Of a DNA stretch of 64,000 bases, positions 35,501 to 48,045 are shown piece after piece. Origin of the DNA: Lophium mytilinum (lineage: Eukaryota); contig MU004196.1 in NCBI GenBank assembly GCA_010093605.1, positions 270,606 to 334,605 of the forward strand, in the 5' to 3' direction. How positions within the stretch are numbered: the stretch's first letter is position 1; every line of letters begins with the position of its first letter. The notes beneath the pieces were generated by a model. It saw only the letters and a list, made by a program, of their open reading frames with translations, did no database searches and was not told the origin of the DNA. The position numbers were made by a program, and so were the translations under genes.

Positions 35501-37963
35501 ACCCACAGATGTCGTCCACATCTGGCATAAAATCAGCACCATGAAGGAAACCCCCGAACTCTTTAGCTACACCCTAAACCCATTGGTTGGAATGAGTATA
35601 AGATGAACTCCTTATCGGGACCAATTGGTGGGCAACTTGGGTACCATCTCCACGTTAGCGAGGAAGATTTAGTATGGGCTTTCGTTCGACGCCTGCGGTA
35701 AACCTTATGATTCTGCTGGGCTCGAGGGGACGCTCGAGTTCGTTGAGGCCGTATGATTCGATGTCATACCGCTCGACTAGGTGTTGAAAATGAACACAGT
35801 GAGGATGTGCCATAAAAGGTTGCCTCCGATTCAAAGAGTGAAAGACATTGACCAGCAATTAGGCAGGCTGGAGGCCATTGACGAACCCTAGGGAATGAGG
35901 CCACGAAGACCGCCCAAGGACTGGCTTCTCTTTTGCGACAGAAGCACTAGGCCGCAGTGTATCTCCAGGCCTTGTACTGCCCAGATGTACTAGGCATATC
36001 TCCGTCCCATTCGCCGACGCCAAAATACCTCTTGTCTCCGCAAGTATGGTCCGGTTCATTCTATATCCAGCAATCCGGTACGCCTTGGCCATCTCGATTG
36101 CCTTGGAAACTTTGACCTTAGCAATGGCTCTCGAATCGGGGATGCCGTGGGCCCGCGGCTTGCTTCTTGACTGGTTCGGCACCTTGGTTGCCAGCATAGT
36201 GGGTGTTTGCTTGGAAAAGTGACCTGCTGTGCCTGTCCAGTAAGCAGCGACCTTATAACGCGTTAATCACGGCCATCGGATTGAGTGTAAGATGTTTGGG
36301 CCCGGAAGCCTTCCCTAGCTTCAAAAACGAAAAGTAGTGCTACCCCCGTGGGATCTCCGGGCGTCAGTCATCACCGTTTTGCTGCCTTAGACATGCCCAG
36401 CCACAAACCCCTAGGATCTCAATGAAGGAGGGTGATTGCATGAGGTATTATACTCGGGAATTTCCCGAGCTCAGAACGACGTCCCATAACATTTGTATGA
36501 CCTTGGCTTCGCGGCAGGGCGAGGCTGAGAGGAGACGAAACCCGGTCGAGGGAAAAGCTTAGTCTAGTTGAAAGAGTATTAATGCTAGCTAGAGCTTTGT
36601 GAAGATGGTGTTGGTAGGGTGGTGGTTACTCGCTGGAGCTGAACGAAGGTGTCTAGATGGTGCGGGCATGAGCTGGCTGGTGGTATCCGAAGCGACGCCA
36701 ACCACAGGAGCGAGAATAAGCCGCGTTGACTCAGATCTGCCGAGCAGAGTACGCTTTTGAGTAGTGAGTGCTGGTAAAGTAAATAAAAGAAGAGGGTGTT
36801 GAATGAGTCGTTGGTGGAGGGAGAGGACGCGAGAGCCCGGAGAATGGAAAACACTAGGACAACGATCTACATCACGACCACATAGCAGAGTCCTCTCAGA
36901 CTATTCACGTATCCCACAGAACTCAGTGTTCACCGCGTCCGACTCCGCTACCGTGTCATCTGCATCTGACGACCCTCTATCATCCTCCCCAATGCTGCCC
37001 AAAGAAGCACTCCCAAACTCCACGCGCTCTTTGCGTTGACGGTAGTTATTTGGACGAGCACTCGCCTATCACAGCTTCAAAGGCACAATCTGCTCTAGTA
37101 TCCGATTGATGTTTGATTCTAGTCTGCTATAATCTACTTAGCACACTCGGTTTCTGGACCTCCAGTTTCGAAGATGCTCGGCCGAAACCCCTTCGGCCAA
37201 CCATCCCATCGAGCCCTTTCTTTTACCAACGCCTCTTTTGACTCTGCTTTCAACTTCAACAACTACACCACTCCGGCGATTTTCCTTCGGCTTGTTACAT
37301 TCCGCTCTCTCGATAACTACTACACACGGGTCCGTCAAATATGTAAAGCAGTATTCGGCATCCAACGCCTCTTAGAAGTCGCGACGGTATAAGATCGGAG
37401 TCTAGTCATGCATGGGAAGGCCCTATCATACCACAGTGACGAAGCTGTCGGGGATGACGAAGGGATCTCGAAGGCTTAGAGAAATTACCAACGGGTGGAT
37501 TACGAGGTGGAAGAGCTAAATCAAGATTGCGAGCGGGTTGATAACTCTCCGAACTGAGAAAACGGGAATATACAGACGGATGCAGTAAGTAAATTGCTTC
37601 CTAGCTTGGGGGCCCTATAGGTTAGTGCAAGATATTGTCGCGTTGCCTAGACATCGATGCAAGCGGAGGATTGCATGCCAAGGCGCCATTGTCCCAAAGA
37701 GGGAATATTTCGAGACATTTAACAGTTCCGCTTCCAGTATACGGCACCTTTTTATCGAAAGATTAGGAAGCAGTCGGAGGAACACAACGATATGATGACT
37801 ATTTGCACAGAAGTACAAAAGCACTGGAAGATGTCGTTTGAGAAGATCATCCTAAGAAACACTCACAGCAATCAGCCAAATCCCAAAACCACACCTTTGT
37901 TATCGTCCAAGAAGAATTATTACTTCAATTCTTCGCCTTTTTGCAAATTCTAAGAAACACAAT

Positions 37964-38895
37964 ATGTCTGACCTCACCTACCTCATCACTGGCGCCAATC
38001 GAGGTATTTACAACCCTTTCCTTGCTCTATTCTCGCTCTAACACTAACCGCCCAACCATAGGCATCGGCCTTGGCCTCGTAGCTCATTATCTATCGCTCC
38101 CCAACACGACCGTCATTGCTACCGCTAGGAACATTGACTCGGCCCCCGAGCTTAGCAAACTCAAGCACCATACCAGCAGCCGTCTCGTTGTCATCCAGCT
38201 AGACAATCTTGACCCCTCTTCCATCACCTCAGCCATCTCCACGCTAGGGCCGAAGTACAATATCACCGCTATTGACGTTGTGATCCCAAACGCCGGACTG
38301 GGTTCCTTCTGGGGTACCGCACTCGACACGCCGATTGCAGAGTTCGTCAAGCATTTCAACGTCAACGCGACCGGCACACTCGCGCTCTTCCAGGCCGTCT
38401 ATCCGCTACTCGAGAAGAGCAGCGCCAAAGAGCCAAAGTTCATCCCGATCGGAACTCCCGTGGGCGCCATCTCCGAGATTGAGAACTTCCCGCTCGGAAG
38501 CACAGCGTACGGAACTAGCAAGGCTGCGCTGAACTTCTTGACTCGCAAGATCCATTTCGAGCACGAGAGGTTCTGTGTATTCCCGTTGGCTCCTGGGTGA
38601 GTGGTGCACATTCGTTCGCTCGGCAGCTCATGCTGGGTGATAGTAATCAGGATCTCTGCTAACGGTAGGCGTAGATGGGTCCAGACAGATATGGGCCAGG
38701 GTGCGGCCGAGTCTGTGGGCATGGAGGCTGCGCCTACGACTTTGGACGAATCTGTTGCGGGGTTATCGAAGACGGTAGGTTGATTCTTTGTGCCCAATCG
38801 AGCGATAACTGACTCGAGTGCAGATTGACAACGCGACTAGAGCCACCGTGGGCGGCGTATTTGCCTCGTACGATGGAAAGGTTTATGGTTGGTAG
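37964..38895 (+). CDS. Short-chain dehydrogenase/reductase (Nor-1 ketoreductase-like subfamily)
   Basis: YLITGANRG|IGLGL, VIPNAG, catalytic YGTSK and APG|WVQTDMG; three introns; ends FASYDGKVYGW*. Confidence 0.88.
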
Positions 38896-39558
38896 AAATG
38901 AGGAAATCAGGCTTGGGAGCGGGTCAATGATCAGGGCGCAATATCGGCTTGGAAGCGGTTTGATCAACAGCCCGCAACACCGGCTTGGAAGCGACTCTCT
39001 TTTCAGCCTATAACACCTGCTTAGATTCGGTTCGATAAACAGGGCGCAATACGCAATACGCAGTTTCGATGTCGTATAGTTTTATGTCACGTGTATATCA
39101 CGTGATAAACCTACTTTTGTAAGAGAAAATACTATCCTTACCACTTGAACTCCGACTGTTCCCCTTCTTCTTATGAAAATATCTTGAAGTACATTTGAAG
39201 AGTCTCCACAATGATCCGCTTCCAATGCTACTGAACCTCTGCCTTTCTAGCTGCAATTCACTGCCCAACGGTCTAATTTCGCATACCATCCGATGAGTAA
39301 TCGTCTCCACACAACCTCTATACACAGCGCCTAGATGTTGCTATCGTACTCTAACATTTGGCTTTATAACCTACCACATTGATTACTACACGCTTTGGGT
39401 AATTTCTCCAGGACGGCGCGATTACTCATCGGATGCCTAAGCACTTTCGACTACAGCCTCAACTTTTTCAATGGTAGCTGGACTGGTTATAGAGACAGGA
39501 ACAGGCTCAAGGTATTTTCCTATCATTTAGTCAATATATCATCAAGACACACGGCAGA

Positions 39559-41320
39559 ATGGGAACACAGACTAAACTTGATGCACCCAGGACCGCAACC
39601 CGCAGTCAAGATGGCGCTGAACTCGGGGAGAAAATTCAAGCCCATTCAAGTAGAACACCAGAAAGGCCACTAAGATTCGTCACGTCGATCGGAATCCCAA
39701 ACTCTCACCATGATCCGCAGTCCCGAAAGCTTGTGCGAGTTCAAGCCATGCGGTCGTTCTTATGGCAGAAAGGCGTCGATAGACCAGACGGGGAAGTGGA
39801 CAGTCCCAAACATGTGGCACCAGTTACTTCCTTGAAAGAGAATACCGGTCGGTTCAAGCTGGCGAGCTGGTCGCGGAAAAGCAGAAAGAGAAAGGTGGTG
39901 GTGCCGCGAATCAAAAACGATGAACGTGGCGTACATGCTATAAAGAGCATCAAAGAATTAGGAGTTCTCAATGTATTACCTATTCCACTATCGCCGAGAA
40001 CTAAAGAGCTTCTCTACCACTGTACGTTCCTTCGTTCCATTTCAGAATGTTTTGTAGATTATAAACTTACCCATCTTATGCGTTGATCAGATCATCACGA
40101 CTTCTCCCAAAACTCATTCGCCGTAAATCCTGATGGCAGCTTCTTTTGCTTCGCCACATCGGATGGCACTCTCCTTAACGCCATCTTGACAATGGTAGCA
40201 CAGCATTTCCACCTCAGTCACGGGATGGACGAGACCGCAGATGTCTCGTACTATCGGAATGAAGCTATCCGTATGATAAACCAGCGGTTGGTTGTTGGGG
40301 ATGCTCCGCCCGACGATACGCTTGTTGGCTCCGTTGCGTTGCTTGCGAACTGTGAGGTTTGTGTTATATCCTTTTTCTATCGTGTGAGATAACTGCTAAT
40401 GCCCAAGCTTTCCAGACTTTGAACGGGTCTGCAGAAGGCTCGTCTATTCATATGAGCGGATTAGCTCAGATGGTGCAACTCCGCGGTGGAATCTTAGCTT
40501 TTGGCGATAATGCCGTTCTTCAAAGAGTACTTACATGGTATGTGGCACCGATAAGCCGCTCTACACGCTAATCACATCTCACTAATGTTTTTTAAGGACC
40601 GACTTCAGCTTCGCATCAACCTATAATCGCAACCCACGCTTCGGCATCTTACCCAAACTCGCAGGCACCCTCGACCCATCCACTCGCTTCATATCCGCCT
40701 CCATCGCCGACCTCGCAAGTCCCGAGCTCTCCACCATCGCTATAACCAGCTGGGAAGTCCTCGAAATCATGGACTCTCTCCAAAGCATCTCAACCGCCAT
40801 CACCTCGTTCCAAGGCACCCTCACCGAGCGAATATCCATCAGCAACGCAATCTACCTCGTCGAGCGCCGGCTGATCGCCTTCAAATCTGAGGTCTGGTCT
40901 ACCTTCTTCGAACCCTCGGCGGAGCTCGACCTGTCCGAGCCGCTGCGGTATGCAGCCCATCTCTTTTTGCATCTGGCGGTGCGAGAGTTGCCTGGAAAGG
41001 CGAAGATGCATGATGGGCTATTGCGGAGGTTACGGAATGCTTTGCCAGAGTATATAGATGTTGGGGAGATAGTGGCGTCCGAATTTAGTCTTGGGCTGTT
41101 GCTCTGGATATACTTCATAGGAGCCGCCGCTTCGCGGGAAGAGGTGGATCGCGCATTCTTCGTAGTGGGTCTAGTTCAAATGAAGCATGCGGTCGGAGTG
41201 GACAGTGCTGACGCTTTTCAAACATCTTTGAAGAGTGTTTTGTGGCTGGAGGGTTTTTGTAGATCACGGTCCAATGACTTGTGGGAGGAGATGGCTGCAG
41301 TCGACGGCATTTGGGATTGA
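39559..41320 (+). CDS. Fungal-specific transcription-factor-domain protein lacking a Zn2Cys6 cluster
   Basis: RKLVRVQAMR N-terminal motif; EAIRMINQRL..DDTLVGSV; HMSGLAQMVQLRGGI; LLLWIYFIGAAA; LKSVLW. Three introns. Confidence 0.7.
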
Positions 41321-41698
41321 TCGATAGATCCCTGTATAGAAAATCTGAAAGAGTCTGCGCAAAGCAATGGTAACAAAGTAAGGGTGAAGTTTATGCTAGG
41401 AGTGCTCCCTACAGGCACTTGGAAAGAGGGAGTAGTATGGACGTCTAAGCATTGTGAATCGCTTACTCTGGTTTCATTCTCTTTCCCCTTATGCCTAGCA
41501 CCGCCAGGATTCACCCCTACCCGCAGCTACAGGCAGGAGCTAATATAATGATAGGAAGGCGTTAGATGGTAAACCTAGGTTTCCTATCTTTGTTACTAGT
41601 ACGTAACCTTGTAAGCACTCCATACGCCCAACTTCAAGCCAAGCGTTTACGGCTCAAAAGTCTCAAATCTCCCACAGCTTTTTGAAGTATTCGCCGTC

Positions 41699-42624
41699 CT
41701 ATATCTCCTCCCATTTCTCATAGTCCGGGAAAAAGTTCTCATGAATTCTCTCCGCATACTCCACCAACACCGGAAACCCCCTCACCACTTCCCTCGACTC
41801 CGGAGACCTGTGATCAATTAGCGAACCCCCTTCTTCAGCCCAATGCGCCTTGCAGGGGAGAACTCACGCAGTACAAACAAGCACCGAAACCACAAACCCG
41901 AAGACAACCGCGTCGGCCTCCGAGGGCCCTGCGCCTCCGAAAATCCAGAATGCCGCTCGGCTTCCCTCTGGAGAGGCAGACTTTGAGCAAACGAGTAGAG
42001 CGTTGACGTTCTCCCATATCTCAAGCCTGAATGTGCGGATCTCGTCTGCGGAGTAGCGTCCTGTACCTTGCCCGTAAAGGGTTTGAACTACTTTGCGGTA
42101 GACTAAGAGGCCGACGAGGATGCGAATGGGATAGGGGATGGCGGAGAGGATGTGGTCGCGCATAACGTAGTAGTTTTTGGTCCAGCGCTCCCACGTCTGG
42201 AGCACTTTCGTTAGCAAAACGGAAGAGGGCGTTGGGAAGAGCGAAGCGGGGAGTTACCTACGTGGTAGAAATAGAGCTTATCCTCCAGCAACGCCCGGAG
42301 CGCTAGATCTACTGCCTTCTTTTCTGGGGAGAGGGGAGCGTTTAGGTCTAGGAGGGTACCGGAGTGGGTAAGTTGGTTGATGATAAGGGTTGAGTCTCCC
42401 AGGGTAGTTGTGTGGTTTGATTGGTCTCTGTATTTAACGTAGGGGATCTTCCCCTTCGGCGCCTTCGTGGGAGAGCCTGATTCGGTGGTGTAGGTAATGC
42501 TGGAGAAGCGTAGGCGCGCCTCGAGCTTGATGATGAATGGGGACCAGACGTGTGCACCTATGGTGGGCCAGCCGCGGTATACCATCAAGCTGGGTTTTGA
42601 ATCCTCGAAAGCTGCGTCTGACAT
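41699..42624 (-). CDS. Metaxin/Fax-like glutathione S-transferase-fold protein
   Basis: VWSPFIIKLEARLRF, APKGKIPYV, LGDSTLII, RALLEDKLYFY, LYGQGTGR and PSEADAVVFGF; two introns; ends IHENFFPDYEKWEEI*. Confidence 0.85.
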
Positions 42625-43590
42625 GATGTTTTACTTGAGATTTGGGGAATTTGGAGATAGAAGTGAGGTTTGAATGAGGAATTGGAGAGGACAAAGGGAG
42701 ATGAATTTTCTCGATACTAGGAACTAAGAAAGACCCGATTGCGACAAAGCTTCTTGAGAGATAGCTGATGTGAATAGTCATGGTGGTTTACCTCGAAATG
42801 GTATACCTACTTATGCTCGAAGCCTCGTACAAATTTCGTACGAAGGTCACGTGTTTCGTACACCGGTTGCTTCACTACCTCGCTAAATAAGTCAACAGCA
42901 CTCCACCCTAGAAGATCCCGCCCTATATCCGACAGAAGCTACCCGTCTTTATCACACCAAGGCTCAAAATTGTACGTGAGGCACCCGGTCTCGGCGTATG
43001 GAGAGGGAGATGAAAGGTGCGTCGGGGACAGCCGCCCGAAAGACTTGGCATCAGCATCAAAGATGGGACGCTACCTTCTTGTTTCTGGCATCATCACACC
43101 CCCAGAACTTCACACAGGTTCTCGTCTGACAGGCTTGCAGACGTCGTGTTGTTGAAGGTCGAGGATCGACATGCATCATTCGCGACTTCAGCACCATGCC
43201 AAGCATCGTGACGCGTCGTTCCACACGCTTCAAACGCTTTCGTATCTCATTCCTCATCTTGTCTTCATTGCAAGCAAAAAGCCGAGAATACCGTCCCTTC
43301 ACTGAGGTCTGGTTAGCTAACAGAGGTCACCGCGGCCGCAAACGAGGTCCATTTTTACAATAGCAGACCTTTAGTAAGAGTCAAACTCGAAAGGATGTTC
43401 CCGTAAACCACATTATAGGTACAAATGACAACGCCCAGATCTCCAGAAATAGTACGCAGACATACCTAAACCCCAAATCCGCTCACCCAAACTCACCGTG
43501 CTCATAGTTCAATTTTCATCTCATTCCAGGTGGTTTCGTTTCTTAGAGCCTCCCCTTCCTTCATCTCGGGGATTATCATACTCGCTTCGT

Positions 43591-45420
43591 CTAATGCCCC
43601 ATCTTATACCCACGGAACCGCTTACTCTTGTCACCGGTTCCAGTGCTGTGGTTGTGTCTCTTGTCCTTGCCGTTGGTTTGTTGTTTTATCTGACTTTGTA
43701 TACGAGCCCTCACAGGACGGTCTTCATGGCGATTTCCTGGCATTATCACAAAGTCTCGCAGTTCCTGAGCGCGCATCATGATATGCGGGCGCCTTTCCCG
43801 ATTTTCCGGAGTTGCTTCAGGATCTGGGCCTTGCGTGTTACTGTCACTGCTGTGGTCGGTGGCCGACTGCTCGCTCAGCATACGCTGACTCTCGAATAGA
43901 GCAGCTTCATCGGAAGACCCGTCTTCAGCAACGGGGGTAGGAGATATCTCAGTAGCAAACGGTATCTCCTGTGAAGGCTCAGTCGCAGGGGCTGCAAAAC
44001 CATCCACGCGAGCATCTCCCGCTTCGCTTTCAGAGTCATTCCAGTAGCTTTCTAGGCAGCTGCTCGATGTCGATCCACTCCGGCCTTCGCGAAATGCATC
44101 TTCCTCGGGACCTTCCGACTCGTCGTCATCGAACGCATCAGCAATGCCATGCAGCGTCCTCCTCTCAGCTGCCAGCTGCTGCTCAGCCACATCTCGAATT
44201 TCGATCTCCCTATCCTCAGCCGCCTGACGACGATCTATGATATGCTGATGTCGGAGATGCTCTCGATGGAGATGATACTCCTCTAGATCTTGGTCCTGGA
44301 GCTCCTGACGATGCCGATACCTCCCGTTTGCTGTACTCCGTCGAGACGCCTCGGATCCTGCGTCAGAAACGCTATCGTCTTCCCATCGGCGGCACAAGGC
44401 GTGGGGCTCGTCTTCCTCCTCAAACCGCCCGAAGTAATCTTCCGGCTCATGCTGCTCAACCAACTCAGAGCGATCTTTCTTCTCCACCCGCCTACGCGCT
44501 AGGAGACTCTCCACCTTAGCATACCGATCACTCATATACTGGTCTCGCATAGATGTCGCAGCCCGCACAGCACTCGGATAGTGATACTTCGTGCACGACT
44601 CTTTATGCCACTTAGGCGCGCGATGAAGCCTAAACCCCCACCGTTCTTGCAGCGGACCGCGGCGGTACTCATCGACCTCCTGAACATCATTTCGAAGCAG
44701 CGTCTCCGGTTCGTCGTCGCCATCGCTCGGCGAGACACTCCGCGCCACCCTTGGCTTCTTGAAATACCCCTCCGGAAGCTCGCCCTCTTTACCGACGGAA
44801 GAAAGGCTGTGCGCCCGCTTGAGAACTCGCCTTGGGCTTTCTCCTGAAGATTCTGGAGGAGTAGACGGCAGCGCAACGCCAACCCACCGCGCTTTGAAAG
44901 GCTCGCGCGGGCGACCTCGACTCACGGCTCGCCGCGAGATGTACGGGCCTTCTTTGCTGATGCTGTCCTGCACGAGCTTGTCGTGTTTCTTGAAGAAGCC
45001 CGCTGTGGATTTGCGTTCTCGATCGGGTGGATAGAACTGGGTTGCCACTGTCGGGCTCGCCTCAGCCGGCTCCGGGCTATCGAACGGGTTGTGGAAGACG
45101 CAGGGGTTGGGACCGGTGCCGAAGGCGACGAGCTCGTGGGGTGAGAGGGGAGCTGAGGTTCTTGGACTCGAGGAGTCGCGGTGGCATGGGCAGGGACATG
45201 GCGGGATGGAGCGGCTGGGTGCATTTGGAATTGATGTTGTTTCATTATCGTGGGCCCTTTCGTTTTCTTGACGATTGCGTTTCTCCTCTTCTGGTGTGAG
45301 GCCGTGCTTGATGTTGAATGCCATGCGGATCTCCTCTGGGGACTTGCTCATGGTTATGTCGGCCGCCCATTTGGCCCAGCATGGGCAGCAGCGGGTTTTC
45401 GGGCTGATCGGGCAAGGCAT
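43591..45420 (-). CDS. Large low-complexity orphan protein with a Skp1 C-terminal fragment (5' end uncertain)
   Basis: A 691-codon open frame. The first in-frame ATG is at 45420 (609 aa), but CTAAC..CAG signals near 45490-45460 suggest an upstream exon. Contains KSPEEIRMAFNIKHGLTPEEEKRNRQENERAHD. Confidence 0.65.
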   Translation of the reverse strand: MPCPISPKTRCCPCWAKWAADITMSKSPEEIRMAFNIKHGLTPEEEKRNRQENERAHDNETTSIPNAPSRSIPPCPCPCHRDSSSPRTSAPLSPHELVAFGTGPNPCVFHNPFDSPEPAEASPTVATQFYPPDRERKSTAGFFKKHDKLVQDSISKEGPYISRRAVSRGRPREPFKARWVGVALPSTPPESSGESPRRVLKRAHSLSSVGKEGELPEGYFKKPRVARSVSPSDGDDEPETLLRNDVQEVDEYRRGPLQERWGFRLHRAPKWHKESCTKYHYPSAVRAATSMRDQYMSDRYAKVESLLARRRVEKKDRSELVEQHEPEDYFGRFEEEDEPHALCRRWEDDSVSDAGSEASRRSTANGRYRHRQELQDQDLEEYHLHREHLRHQHIIDRRQAAEDREIEIRDVAEQQLAAERRTLHGIADAFDDDESEGPEEDAFREGRSGSTSSSCLESYWNDSESEAGDARVDGFAAPATEPSQEIPFATEISPTPVAEDGSSDEAALFESQRMLSEQSATDHSSDSNTQGPDPEATPENRERRPHIMMRAQELRDFVIMPGNRHEDRPVRARIQSQIKQQTNGKDKRHNHSTGTGDKSKRFRGYKMGH

Positions 45421-46435
45421 TGAACGGACGGATCGTTCAGGTAGTATTGTGGGATCTGAATCTGTTCTTTTAAACTGACCGGAGTTAGATGTCGAGAGTC
45501 GCCTGAACGTAAAGATTACTGTTCGGACGATTTGGCTGATTTGACGGAAAAAACTCCAACTTAAGTACTGCTGCCCCTTGTACGCTTTCTCGAAAGAACC
45601 AGTTGACGTGTTGGAGTTCGGCAAGAAGCGCGTACCGTCTCTGCCTCGAGGATAAAGATGTCTCACCTTCCAACTCTTTGTGGTTTAGAGGTAGAAAAGC
45701 AATGCTGTGCAAAGTTGATTCCGCCCCATTGTCGTGAAAGCCCTTCGAGTTGGTCCTGTGTAGTCCTGGGTGCACCGAGCTCTAAGACAAAATCCTCGCC
45801 CTTTCGCGCCCATTCTCACTACGCCCACCTCTCCGACTCGAAGTCAAAAGCGTAATCCCCGTGACTACTTTGTTCCATCTTCCTTACAGTGAAGAAGCTA
45901 GGGAGATTGACATATCCATCCACAAGGACAAAAAGAGCGTAGCCCTCAAAAGCTGAAAGAAGTCACAAAATACCGTGGCTGCCTTTCCTAGCTTACACAA
46001 TGTGACAAGCCTGAGGGTTTTTCCGCAATTCAGAAAGGATACTTTACGTGTCGCCGCTCTGTCTTTTCGCCTGTCCCATAACGCCCGATGGTACGAGGGA
46101 AGCGAAAGGATATTTTCTTGAACATCTGATCACAGCTCTTCTTCACTGGAGAATTTTGAGCGTTGGAGAACGAAGTAGAATAGAGGGATATAAAGAGATG
46201 GACTAAAAGGTCACCTTTATAAACAGCGTCGCATCGTCACCCGTCCCAAAAACCTCCCAGTGCATTTCTGCCGAATACTTGCGCATCTCTGCCTTGGCTC
46301 TTTTCACACTACAGATATACAAGTATAAGGTACGCAGCACGCTTCCATCCCAATGCATTGGACCCTCTAGACGCCGTCTTTCTTCGCGGTATAGTACAGT
46401 ATGCTTCCGTCGCGCCTTCGATCGCCCAGTTGTGT

Positions 46436-47478
46436 TCACACAGCTTCCACCTCCGCTTCGAGCACCGGCGCTCCAGTCATCTTTCCAGTGAAGGGAGGCA
46501 TGCTAAATTCCGGCCAAGGCTTCTTGATCGCATCCTGGATCTTGACGATACATCCTTTAGGGCCGCCGACACAACCTGCACATTGTTAGCCAGCTGTCCA
46601 GTCACATCTACCTAAAATACAACATACCAGTGACTACCACAATCCCATTCTCCTCATCCACCTTCAACACCTTCAAATTCTGCACCGTCACACTCTCATT
46701 CCCCATCCTCCCCGCCATCTTCTTCCCCGGCAACACCCTCGACCCACTCCCCTGACTCCCACCCGCCGACCCCATCGCACGATGCGTGAGCGAATTACCA
46801 TGCGACGCCGGCTGCCCACTAAACCCCCACTTCTTCATTCCCTACTCCAATATTAGCCTCACCCTAAACCATGGCAGGAATCTCCAAACTTACACCCGCA
46901 AACCCCATCCCCCGCCCCGTACTCCTCACATCCACCCACCCCCCCTCCCTCCACCACCCCGCCTCAATCCTCCCCCCCACATCCACCATCCCCCTCTCAT
47001 CCTTAACCCTAAACTCCGCCACCCACCGCTTCGGACTCACGCCCGCCTGCGCAAAATGCCCCAGCATCGGCCTCGTCACATTACTCGGGTGCTTCCACCC
47101 CGCGCCCACCTGCACCGCCCAATACCCATGCCGATCGCGTGTCTTCAGCGCGATAACCTCGTTGCGCTCGAGCTGCAGCACCGTGCAGGGCGTGCGCTTC
47201 CCCGACTCCGGGTCGTAGATGGCCGTCATGCCTTTCTTGATGGCGAGCGCGCCGGGCCGCAGGGGCAGGGTGTTGGAGGCGGCTTTGCGGGCGAGGGCGG
47301 CGGTGGAGGAGGCGGAGAGGGTGGGGAGGCCGGTGGTCGGGGGCGCGAAGCGCGAGGGGCGGGGCGTGAAGGTTGATTTTATGGTGCGGGTGGTTGAGCG
47401 GGGGAGGAAAGGGAGGCGGGGGGTCGAGCGGGGGAGGAGGGCGTTGCAATTGAGCCCTGTGGGCGGTTTGGGCGGCAT
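46436..47478 (-). CDS. MRPL9: Mitochondrial ribosomal protein uL3m (yeast Mrpl9 orthologue)
   Basis: [25 protein letters not shown]|..[33 protein letters not shown] and [10 protein letters not shown]; two introns. Confidence 0.93.
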
Positions 47479-48045
47479 GATGGCGGTTTTTGCGCAGTTG
47501 TGGTCGTGATGTTGGAATGGGTTGGGGAGGTGAGGTTGAAGTTTTTGGGACGCGGTTGGGGTTTGCCAAGACGTGCACGTGATGAAGCTTTGGGATGCGC
47601 TGGGGCAGGATTCCGTTGCAGAGCTACTTTAGACGTCGAATGATCGTTGGATATTTGGAAAACGTGCGATTGCTTCATTCCCCGTAGGTTTCAACAATCT
47701 TCGTAGTTTCGTTTGGAATCTTTGATGGCAATCAGGAATTCAACATGGTGCACGGCTTCTCACAGCAACAGGCAAGAATCGTAGATGAAAGGTCATGTAT
47801 GCACTTGTCGTGATCTCATATATACATGTTGAGACGGATAGCCAGAAGAGAAAAGGAGAGGACAATAAAGGCAATACTTCAAAATGCAGGATATCCGCCC
47901 ATGGCCGTTAAACTCCATCGTCACAGTCCATGTGACGCATGCAGTATATATAGCCAAAGTTTACGCTTCCGTATAGCTCAGAACAAAGCCTCATTTGGGA
48001 AACAAATCAAACACGTAAGGTCTATCGTGTACTCGACTTTTGGTT

